Source: the human T2T-CHM13v2.0 reference genome, Homo sapiens | NCBI RefSeq assembly: GCF_009914755.1 | Contig: NC_060926.1 | Direction: 5' to 3' (one strand) | DNA: 64,000 nt | Part shown: piece by piece, positions 38,046 to 49,480 of the stretch | How positions within the stretch are numbered: the first letter of the stretch is position 1 | How the letters are laid out: every line of letters starts with the position of its first letter | Translations under genes and position numbers: made by a program | Notes under the pieces: model-generated | Told to the model about the DNA's origin: nothing | The model's input: the letters and a program-made list of their open reading frames with translations, nothing else | Databases searched by the model: none

Positions 38046-39299
38046 AAATCTTTTTCTTTTTCTCAACTTCAAAGGCATTCTCTCTTATTTATTTCTGTAT
38101 TTTTTTACCCCCGGATTTTCACACTATTGAGACAAAAGATGGTGACATTCAATAGCTTTTTTTAAGAAAAAATGTTTGTCTTTCTCTTTTTATTTTTACT
38201 TACATGGGGCTTATTTAACCTTTAGCAATGTGGCTGTCATTAAAGGTGTTTTATGTGCTTGGCAGTAGACGAGTCTCTCTCCTGTCCAGGTTTATGAATT
38301 CCAGTCACCAGGGTCTCATTTAAGCCAAGAATCTCAGGCTATCACTACTCTTAAGAGAGAATCACTGTCTCACTCAGCATTTCTCTGTGTTAAAATAATG
38401 CCATCTGTTGTTAGTCAAGCTGTAACTATAGGCTCACCTGCAAAGAAGAATGTTGAGTCTTGCCATGAGTTATGCCCATTCCAGGCCGTGTTCCAGCCTT
38501 CTAAAGGAGAGGCTGTTTCAGATGCTAGTAACACTGCATGTAATTAGGTATATGGAACAAATGAAAAGTAATCAGTAAGTTTATTTTCTCATATAAAACA
38601 TAGTCAATTTATTCATTAGGTCTATCTCCAAAATATTATTTGCCTGGGTAAAATTTGAAAGGGCAGAGTTAAAGATACTCCCCCTAGAACCAAACATTGA
38701 CATGCCATTATATTCTGCCTATACTCTAGATAAAAGCTAACATGATGGAAAACTAGGGTCGCATAAAAATTCCTGGAGAAATATATCATAAAAATGTTTA
38801 AAAGTATAGCTAAGGTCTCAAGAAGAAATGAATATTACAGGGAAAAAACCTGAAGAGGTGAATGAAAGTCACTTGCTGAAGTGTAAAACCTTATCCTGTG
38901 GCTTCCCTTAAAATTTAAGCCAAGGGAATTATGTGTCTTGCTTCCTAAGGGATTTGGTCTTACTGAAAAGTGTGAGGTAGACAGTTGGAGGTGAATGAGA
39001 TGCCCGAATAAAGCTGGTTGTTCCCAGAGAGAAATGGGAAAATAGAAGAAAATTCACTCTCCAGCACAGGATGATGACAATGAAGCTCATCTGTTCCTGT
39101 CTGGACTCTCACTAAAAAAAAAAAGTTATTGTCACCTAAAATATAGAGTCCCTCAGCTTGGGCAGCCATCAGGTTTAGAAATGATTTTACAATACCCATG
39201 TAAATCCAGAATCCTCAAGATAAAAAATTAATACAGTGATAAGTTATAGGTAGGCAATATTTTCAGGTTCTTTTTCAGGAAGCAAATACATAACCCATC

Positions 39300-40080
39300 A
39301 GGAGTCACACTTCAAAAACTCAGTCCAGAAGGGATACCTGTCCCCTACCACTCACAAAGACAGGAGTTCATGGCATAAAATTACAAAAGAAATGAGAAAA
39401 CAATTTGTCATGATTTAGAGTCAGGCATAACAGACAGCAGGATCCTCAGATAACAGAGCGGTGATCAAACACAAGGAGTAAAATCCAAATATGCAAACAT
39501 TTTTAAAACTTTAAAAAATAATTAATACCCTTAAAAAAGGAAACACATGGCTGAGGAGAAAAAAAGAATGAGAATATTTGAAAAAGAAACAGAAGACAAA
39601 GTAATTGAAGAAGAAAAGTAACTGAAAAGGTAATATAGAAATGGAGACAAGTTATGAGACATGGAATTAGAATGAGAAAGAATGGGAAGGGAGGGGCTTG
39701 AAAGACATAACTGCTGGGAATTTTCCAAAATATTGTGCAAACATAAATTCTCAAAGTTTGTGTGCACAATTTTCTGAACAACAAAAAAGAAGTTAACTTA
39801 GATCTGGGATTTCACGTTATAAATCTGTAGAATCCTCAAGATTGAAAAATTTTAACAATGAGAAGTCAAAAAGTTGTATGTAAAAATGCATGTTAAACTG
39901 ATCACAGGCTTCCAATAACAAGAGAGACCAGAATGTAATGGAATAAGACTATCAAAGTGCTGATGGAAAAACATCAAATTCAAATTCTGAATTATATCTA
40001 GAAAGTATACATCCATTATATATATAAAGAAAGGTAAATCCAAGATGAAAAATTGGAGTATAAGAGGAAATGTGAGCTTT
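39300..40080 (+). mobile_element. Very old L1/HAL1 ORF1-region remnant
   Basis: A-rich; aatggaataagactatcaaagtgctga..aattctgaattatatctag resembles the ORF1 C-terminal coding region. Confidence 0.45.
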
Positions 40081-40751
40081 TGTTACATTATTTTTGTCTC
40101 TTTGAAATCTTTACATAAGATTAAATTTAAATTTTAAAAAAGTTTAAAAAAATTCTCTGATTACCTTAAATCTTAAAAGAAGGGGAGGCCAATTTATTGA
40201 AAGAATATTTTAGTATCTCATGAAACGTTTCAATTAAACAAAATGTGAAAAGGAAAGGAAATAGACATTTCCAGATCCTGCAGCAGCAGGAATCATGATT
40301 TTTCTGTCCATAACTCTACAGTGTGTTTTAACTCCACAATTCTCATTTACTCTTTTACATCTGTTCAAATTGTTCAGGTGACTCTGTATCAATTGTTAAT
40401 GATTGGAAGCTGATATTGAGTCCCAATTCCATAAAAGGGAAAATTGTTGTGAACCAATCTTTCACTCCATGAATTTTCTATTAAATTCTATCTTTTACTG
40501 CTTGGCACATACACATTTTGTCTCCTTTATCTAAAGATGTCCTCACTTTAGTATGCTGTAAACATTTTTGCTACCTCTATAAAAAGAGACAATCCCAGAT
40601 TTTCTCTGAATGCCCAATCCAGATTTGATATCGGGGCACCCGTCTTGTCCATATCCAGACTCTGTAGACAATAAGTCGTTCTACAGTATTCAGTCTTGAT
40701 CAGATCTCACATGACTCTTACTGTCTATTTCACAAAGAACTATTGATCCAA

Positions 40752-42030
40752 CATTCAATTCATTTAGAGTGAGCCATCATTTTTATGTGTCAAGCAGTTA
40801 TCAATGCTTAGGATAAATTAATAAATGGAACTTTGTTTTGTGGGAAAGAAAAGCAGTAAACTATTTTTTATAAATAATAATGCATACATTATATTAGAAT
40901 TTCATAGTGCTTGAAAAAATATAATATAATAAAGTGTATTGAAAATTCTGGAGAGGAAGGGGCAGCTCTAATATTATTTTAGGTGGTCAGGGCAGTTTCA
41001 TTGCAAAAGTGCCATTTAAGCAAAAACATGAAGAAAGCAAGGTCAGTAGACATGTCTGTCATCTGAATGAAAAGTGCTGCAAGCACAAGGAAGAGTCAGT
41101 GCAATAACTTTCAGGTAAGAGAGTGGTTAGAGCAGTGACTAAGTTGGAGAGTAAAGATGAGACAGGTAATGGAGATTCCAGGCATGAAGCACCCACTTTA
41201 CAGCCTCTCTAAGGATGTTGGCTCTTTACTCTGTGTGAAAAGCAAGCCTTAGTAAGCATTACAGGTTGAATTGTATCCCCCAAAATTCATATTTTAGCAT
41301 CCTGAGCTCCAGTACTTTGGAATAAGACCGTATTTGGAAACAAGGCCATTGCCCATCCAATTAATTAAGATGAGGTCATTAGGGTGGGCCCAAATCCAAT
41401 ATGATTGGTATCCTTATAAAAAGGGGAAGTTTGGAGGTAGACACACATAGGGAGAATGCCATATGAAGATGGAGGCAGAGATTGGGGTGATGCTTTCCCA
41501 GCAAAATAAATATTTCCAGCAAACCAACAGAAACTAGGAGAGAAAGCATGGAATAGATTCTCTTTCTAAGCTCCCAGAATGAATCAATGCTGCTGAAACC
41601 TTGATCTTGGAATTCTAGCCTCTAGAACTGTGAGAAAATAAATTTATGCTGTTTAGACTACTCAGTCTATGGTACTTTGTTATGAAAACCCTTGCAAACT
41701 AATGCAGTAGGTATTGAGCAAAGGGGTGAAAGGATCCTACAAAAGTTTTAAAAGAATCGCTGTTGGGTAAGGCAGGCAAGAATAGAAGCAAGAAGACTGC
41801 TAAGCAACTTCTTGCATTAATGCCAGCAAGAAATCTAGGGGTCTCAGATTAAAACTGAAATAGTAGAGATATTGAGAAATTGTCAGATTCTGGATGAATT
41901 TTGAAGGTACAAACAAAAGGGTTTCATGATAGATTGAAAGTGGGTTGTGAAGACAGGAGAAGTCAAGGATAACTCAGGTTGCGCCATGTACAACTGGAAA
42001 TATGGAGATGTCATGAATTAAAATGTAGTG
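40752..42030 (-). mobile_element. L2 LINE fragment interrupted by MLT1
   Basis: cattcaattcattta.. L2 end; gtcagattctggatgaattttgaagg..gaagtcaaggataactc L2 body after the LTR. Confidence 0.7.
41257..41706 (+). mobile_element. MLT1B/C MaLR solo LTR
   Basis: ggttgaattgtatcccccaaaattcata..aagatgaggtcattagggtgggcc..tagaactgtgagaaaataaatt..aaactaatgca; 5-bp TSD gtaag/gtagg. Confidence 0.9.
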
Positions 42031-42157
42031 GTAGAGCAAGGACTGAAATCGATTTCTCACTCAGTTTTTCCTGACTCCCAGAATAATGTCCTTGACCTAG
42101 GAATCAATATTGGAAAGATGTGCCAACATTATAGTCTCAGAGTCTTTAATCATAAGT

Positions 42158-42227
42158 GCACACACAGACATACACACACACACGTATATAGAGATAGAGA
42201 AATACACACACACACACACACACACAC
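42158..42227. repeat. Interrupted (CA)n microsatellite
   Basis: Directly visible. Confidence 0.9.
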
Positions 42228-42505
42228 GTGTCTCTTATATTTTAATTGTGACGACTAAAATGTTTTAATCCTAGCATATCATTTTCTTCATTTCCCTTTC
42301 TGCCCTAATATGGAAGCTAATTATCTCTTCTGTTAAAGTAAAAAATATTTTTGACTTTTTAAATTTAGTTTGAAAGAATTGCAGTAAGAATTGCTGTTTT
42401 TATCCATTTGTCAGAACAGTAGGGAAAACACATGCTCTTGAATGTTCTTCATATTTTTCTTATAATTATTCCATATTGGATAATTTTTTCTCAATTGCTC
42501 TCTAC

Positions 42506-42583
42506 TCTAGAAAATAATCAGAAATGCTGCTTATAAAAGAATAATTATTCTTTTATAAGCAGCATTTCTGATTATTTTCTAGA
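42506..42583. repeat. Perfect 78-bp palindrome (39-bp arms, no spacer)
   Basis: tctagaaaataatcagaaatgctgcttataaaagaataa|ttattcttttataagcagcatttctgattattttctaga, checked base by base. Confidence 0.97.
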
Positions 42584-42726
42584 CTAGTAGAGAGCACTAT
42601 TAAATAGCTGAAAGCCTATAATTTATGTGGTAGAATCTCGGAGAAGACGTTGTACTTTTCATGACATTTGCAGTAGACTCATCCCTGATAACATTGTGAA
42701 AATTAATAAATATTAATACTAAATAA

Positions 42727-42787
42727 AGAAATCCCATTTACTTCAATGTCCTAAAATAGAAATCCCCTTTACTTCAATGTCCTAAAA
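42727..42787. repeat. Tandem duplication, about 31-bp period
   Basis: agaaatccc(a/c)tttacttcaatgtcctaaaa x2. Confidence 0.92.
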
Positions 42788-43399
42788 GAATTGCCCATAA
42801 TTGACTGCTGCATTATTCCCAGAATACAAAATAAAATCCTCAAAAAGTCTGTGTTTTCTTGAAATATCTCACATCCACAGAGATGTGATCTCATTTCTTA
42901 AATTGAGGAGAAAAATAAAAAGAAGCTACAGATGCAGTTTACATCAACTTTCCTTATGACCAGAATCTATATAAGTTTACCACATATAGAATGGCACGTA
43001 CAGTGGCAGTTGTACATCCTTTCATATGATAAATACTTGAAGATAAAATAACTTGAACGAAGTCTATTAAAAGACTTCTAAGAGGGCATATTTACCTGGA
43101 AGAATAGAAGACTATTTATGAAAGAGAACATAAAAAATTATTTCAAGGAAGTGATACAAATATTTACTTCCTTGGATGGCTTCTAATACTACACTAGAAA
43201 ACCTCATTCTAAGTGTCTGGAACAGAGGAATCTTCCACAAGAGACAACGTGATGGCAGTAACAACAAAATGATGAACAGAAAATCTATAAGTAGTGCTGA
43301 CTTTTGGGTGATAGTGTTGATGTTGTACTTGAATTCACTGGGAGTTCCTTAAGCTATTGAGGAGCCATTGAAACATAGACACCATGTTGAACATAAACA

Positions 43400-43910
43400 T
43401 GCTGTATATGAAAAATTGGTACAGAGTGAATTTCAACCTCCTCTTAGATTTCCTTCTTGCTTTGCAGAGTCTTGAAAGCTAAAATGAATATTTCCCAGAC
43501 TCCCTTAGAGCTGCAGTTCTGAATGGAAATTTATTCCTGTAAATTAGATGCACTTACACAAAATCAGAGAGAGGGAGAGGCCATCTGCAGCTGCTGTGGC
43601 AACTGCTGTGGAAAGCAGAGTTGTGTAGGCTCTGGATGTTTCTGTAGCAGCATTCCAGTACTAACTTTGTGAGAGGTGAAGGGTGATTCTGCAGCATTGG
43701 TGGTGACAATGAGAACAGCAGCGGTAGCAGCAGCAGAACAATGACTATATCCCCTTCCAGTTTTCCGACTCAGCCAGTTTGTGGATATTGCTATGGGAGT
43801 GATTCCGGGAAGTTCAGCCTAGATCCTGCCCTTCTACTTATGCCAAGAAATTTGTAAATATTTATTTCACTGTATAAGTCACTTTAAAACACCAAGAAGC
43901 CTGAATGCAG
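43400..43910 (+). mobile_element. LTR33-like ERVL LTR
   Basis: gaaagctaaaa..tatttcccagactccctt..agct..attagatgcac matches recalled LTR33. Confidence 0.6.
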
Positions 43911-44104
43911 AAAGTTGTCAAAACAATTCAGACATACCTTTCCCTTCCTAACAAGGGGAACAAGCAGAGGGCCTTGAATTGATGCTTAGACTGAAGAGAT
44001 TAGAGTGTAGCTGGGCTCTGGAGTAAAGGACTTAACTAGTATCTTGCACGCCGAGTGTACACACCCCAAGGCTTTGTGTCAGCGGAAATGCTTGTATGTT
44101 TAAA

Positions 44105-44446
44105 TTCTTTCTCTTTCTTTTCCTTCCGTCCTTCCTCCCTCCCTTTTCTTCCTTCCTTCCTCCCTCCCTCCTCTCCTTCCTTCCTTCCTCTCTCCCTCCC
44201 TCCCTCCTTTCCTTCCTCCCTCCCTCCTTTCCTTCCTCCCTCCCTCCTCTCCTTCCTTCCTTCCTCTCTCCCTCCCTCCCTCCTTTCCTTCCTCCCTCCC
44301 TCCCTCCTCTCCTTCCTTCCTTCCTCTCTCCCTCCCTCCCTCCTTTCCTTCCTTCCTTCCTTCTCTTTTTCTCTTTCTCTCTTTCTTTCTTTCCTTTCTT
44401 CCTTTCTTTCTTCTTTCTTGTCTTTTCTTTTTTTTCCTTTTTTTCT
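44105..44446. repeat. About 340-bp polypyrimidine (CCTT/CCCT/CTTT)n tract
   Basis: Nearly pure C/T; an approximately 60-bp higher-order unit recurs. Confidence 0.97.
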
Positions 44447-44739
<293 letters not shown>

Positions 44740-45713
44740 TGATCCTTGACCTCAAAAACTAAACCAAGAACACAAAAAATGATCTCCTTTATGGCTAAAA
44801 GTAAGTTAAAAGAAATCATTTGAACAAGAGGCCTCACCCTATAATCGCACTATCCACCTTCAATAAGGCTATAAGTTTGTCCTACCATTCAGACCTTATT
44901 TTTTTCCCTGTTTTCACCATTCCTATACAAAAGATGAAAAATGAAAAAAAGAAAGCCCAGCCATGTGCCTGTTTTTCTCAGGCAATCAATCTGTCAAATG
45001 AATAAATGAAAGTTTAAAAACATAGGCTCCAGGAAAAGAGTCACTGCTACATATCATATTGATTAAAAATGCCAGGGCCTCAAAAACATTCTAAAGTTAA
45101 ATTCCCATCGAATTATTCCCCGAACAAGATCTGGAATACTCTAAAGAATATAATTCTGTTTGACAACTTTTATCTGATACTTTAATTAACATTTATAAAT
45201 TAATACATTTTCCTGAGGCAATTTAATGAAGGGTGCAGTTGAAAATGCTCACTCTATTTTATATAATTAAGTTCAAATTAAAATGGAGCAAAATTTGTAT
45301 GTCTATACTACATTTTTTCCAAGCATGATTAATTTATATTTTTTCATAAATAATCATTTCTTTTTTGGTAAAATCAACAATAAAAATGCATATTCCTAGT
45401 TTTTGAGATTACATATTTCAGAATACAACAATTCAAATAAAGCTACAAACAGAAAATCTTTAATATGAAAAAGAGAGAAATGAGTTTTTTTCAAAACTCT
45501 AGGAATTATTTTATTGAAACAGATTATTTTTTCTGCAAAATAAGAATGCATTTTAAATGGATCAATTTAACACTATGGCTGATTATTTCATGAAATACAT
45601 ATTAATATGGGTAACATATTGAACAGTAATGATTGAATTTGTATTGATATTAAATGATTATTCTGTTAAGACTGGTAGCACTTGGAGATTATTTATACAG
45701 AAAAGAAAAGAAA

Positions 45714-46035
45714 AACCAGGTGTGGTGGCTCACACCTGCAATCCCAACACTTTGAGGGGTCTAGGCAGGCAAATCGCTTGAGCCCAGGATTTCAAGACCA
45801 GACTGGGAAACATGGTGAAACCCCATCTCTACAAAAAACACAAAAATTAGCTCGGTGTGGTTGTTTGCGCCTGCAGTCCCAGCTACTCCGGAGGTTGATA
45901 TGGGAGGATCACCTGAGCCTGGGGAAGTCAAAGCTGCAGTGAACTGTAATCGCATCACTGCACTCCAGCCTGGGTGACAGAGTGAGACCCTGTCTCAGAA
46001 AAAAAATAAAAAAATAATAAAAAGAAAGAAAGAAA
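45714..46035 (+). mobile_element. AluJ SINE
   Basis: J diagnostics gcttgagcccagga, gggaggatcacctgagcc, gctgcagtga, gagaccctgtctc; diverged. Confidence 0.93.
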
Positions 46036-46109
46036 TTAAGAATACTTTTAGCAAAGAAAAGAAAAGAGAGAAAAAGCAGCATGTTGAGGCAGAAAATCAT
46101 GGGAATCAG

Positions 46110-46320
46110 TAGGCTGACATTTTTGCAGGTTTCCATGTGTATTATTTCAACTGATCAACATCACAGTCCTTTATGGTAGGCGTATTTTTATTTTTCTTAT
46201 TTTCAAATCTAAAAACTGAGGTAACAGAGAGGACTACTAGATTATTAGCACTATACTCTTTTTTTTTTTAATGGTAAAGCAGGACTGTAAACACAAATTT
46301 CCTATTTCCAAAGGCAATGC
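46110..46320 (-). mobile_element. MIR SINE
   Basis: aaaactgaggtaacagagagg core-like motif. Confidence 0.55.
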
Positions 46321-47409
46321 CCTTTCCTGTGCATTATTATGAGTTTTAGTACCATCTTTATCATTAACCAGCTTTGTAATTTTGGAAACTGCTTACATTC
46401 TCTGGGACTGAGGTTCTTCATTTATGATTAATGGTTAAACTCCATGAGGAAAGTGATTAATTTTTTTTTTATAATTTTGGATTTGGAATTTAAAGCAACA
46501 TTTAAAAAGAAGGAAAACATCCTTGCCCTCAATAAAGCCTGAGAAACATTCATTTCTAAGTGCCTTTTTGGTTTAGACTCTAAGAGAGCTCAGTTAGAGA
46601 CCAACAAGTAAGACTGCACCTTGGCAAAGCAGTACCAAATGAAAAACTTCACTAGGGTCAACCAGGATAAGACTAAATGAGGAGAACACAATCTTTTAAT
46701 TTCCAGTCATTCATCTGGCCAGAAACTAGACCAAAGAAATTGTCAATACTTTGCCTTTTTGTAAAATGGAGTTAAGCTTACGGAAAAATAAAGACTAGAA
46801 GATGAGGGAAAATATAATTTTGAAGATCCAGTGTATTTGTTGCAAAATGGTATGCTGCAGAATCCAAAATAAAATGTTAGGAAATAGTTTGTCATTCTAT
46901 AAACCATGCAGAAATATTTGGTTTCTAGAAAACAGAAACAAAACCTCTAAGGAAGTCACTTAAAAATCATGTGTAATGTGAAATAATTGTGATAAAGTAG
47001 AAAATTGCAAATTAAAGAGCAAATTCAATAGCTTTCCAATTGGGAAATATTTAAAAGCAAGAGAAAAAAGAATTATAGCCACAGTATGAATAAAATTTTA
47101 AACATGTAAAAATTAATGTTGCCATACCATCCTTTTATTTTTTGCAATAAAAAGACCCCAAACTAATGAACTTTTTATATCAATACTGGAATTCAAGGTA
47201 AGACACAATTCTTATGCCAGTAACATAGAGAATTTTAATCAGAGGTGAGATAGATACCCTACTGACAGAATGCCAAGTTAGCTTTAAATATATTGATTTT
47301 ACAGGGAATATATCACCAAAGTGTTAATTAAAAAGTGACAACACAAAAATATTCTTGATGTTGGGGACCATGTCAAGGAGTAGGCTGCAAGAAGAAATGT
47401 CCACTTAAA

Positions 47410-47600
47410 AACAGCCACCTTATTGATTCTTTACCATGTTCTAGGCATTATGCTAAGTACCTTACATGCCTTATCTCATTTAATTCCCAGAACCTGAGGT
47501 TCATTCTTTTGTTTTCATCAATTTACAGATGAAGAAATTTATAATAATATATGAAGAGAAACTCACTCAATCTGATAGGTAGAATGTCAAGTCCTAATAC
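47410..47600 (-). mobile_element. MIR SINE
   Basis: ctaggcattatgctaagtaccttacatgccttatctcatttaattcc..tttacagatgaagaaa. Confidence 0.7.
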
Positions 47601-47619
47601 TGTGCAAAAACAAAGAAAT

Positions 47620-48085
47620 TTATCAAAGTTCCATTCATTGGGAGTAATTGAAAATATATTAATGATTTTTTTAATTACAAAAGAAGTGTGCAGATAAAAG
47701 GCAAAAAACCTGGGATAATAAAGTACCTTGTGGGCATGGTGCCTTTACCATTCATTGAACTAAGGAGATGAGAGAAGGAAGCGGTTACCAGAACCTGGAG
47801 AAAGTAGTTATTAAGGAGGATGCTCCACAATAGTTGAGGTCATTGGTAAAGGTGAACAGTCATCTCTTGGGGAATGGGAAGAAAGGCCAGAAGAATAATT
47901 ATCCCATTTGATCAAATTTTCCACTTTGAGCTTTTGCTGATGGCTCCCTTTGCCCCCAAGCATGCAGATAACAGAGAGTAAAAGAACATTTGATGCAGAC
48001 CATAAGGTCAGGTTTTTGGAACACAGGAAGAAGTAGAGAAGTACATAGAGTGGACATGGAAAGGAAAATAGAAACTACTCATTTT
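47620..48085 (-). mobile_element. Old ERVL-class LTR (LTR67B-like, uncertain)
   Basis: gcggttaccagaacctggaga and tttgatgcagaccataaggtcag motifs. Confidence 0.4.
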
Positions 48086-48133
48086 CATCTGGTTATATAA
48101 TGTACAACCAAAGAAAAATCACCAAATAGATTA

Positions 48134-48525
48134 TGGTATGGTTTGGCTGTGTCCCCACCCAAATCTCACCTTGAATTGTAATAATCCCCACATGTTGTGG
48201 GAGGGACCTGTTGGGAGGTAATTGAATCATGGGAGCATGTTTTTCCCACGCTGTTCTCATGATAATGAATAAATCTCACAAAATCTGACGGTTTTATAAA
48301 CGGCAGTTCCCCTGTACATTCCCTCTCTTGCCTGCCACCATGTAAGATGTGGCTTTGTTCCTCCTTGCCTTCTGCCATGATTGTGAGGCCTCCCCAGCAA
48401 TGCGGAACTGGGAGTCAATTAAACCTCTTTCCTTTATAAATTACCCAGTCTTTGGTATGTCTTTATTAGCAGTGTGATTAATTTTTTTTATAATTTTGTA
48501 TTTAGAAATTAAATTTTCTAATACA
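48134..48525 (+). mobile_element. THE1 (THE1C-like) MaLR solo LTR
   Basis: tggtatggtttggctgtgtccccacccaaatctca...ctaataca; perfect 5-bp TSD gatta; foreign insert of about 40 bp near the 3' end. Confidence 0.95.
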
Positions 48526-49170
48526 GATTAGAAGATTCAGTAAATTAAAATAAAGATAAAGGAAAGTGCCCTTATAGAGTAGCATAAGAAACAGAAAACA
48601 TCTGAGAAAACTACAAGAGAAGATAGAGTGTATGTGAGTAAGTCAGTACTAACTTGTTAATCCATGTATTTATATTTTGTTTTAATTATATAACACAGGA
48701 TGTATTTATATTTTGTTATTGTATTTGAAACTAAGCCTAAACTGAAACTCAAGCTAAACTAATAAGGTATAACCTATTCTGTCAATTATAACACAGGGTT
48801 GATGTCTTCAGACTTGAGACCTCACTGCTGACAGTGGGTGACAAAGGATCAGGAAGAAGAATACGCTAGATACACTGCAGGAAGCCTAAGAGGCAAGCCA
48901 GAGTGAAAATCAGGATGACAGCCTACCAAATATAGTAGAAGTCCAGTATGTAGGGGTACCAGTCAAGACACAGACATGGAAAATTGTTAGTAGGGTAACA
49001 AGGAAGGATGAGAGAAATTCCAAACAAAATGGAGGTGGGGGTTCCCTGAGCAATTGCCTCAAAAGCCAGTTAGCATAATCCTTATGGAGAAGAGGTTCTC
49101 TTATTAAAATGCTCAGTTTTATATAGACAGCTTCCATGTTATTTATTCAAAGGACACTACGTTGCTTTTC

Positions 49171-49480
<310 letters not shown>

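Noticed and set aside
39201-39850. Shared 14-mer agaatcctcaagat at 39208 and 39829 as a fourth templated copy
   Set aside because: Too short and within degenerate A-rich L1-like DNA; direction and significance cannot be established
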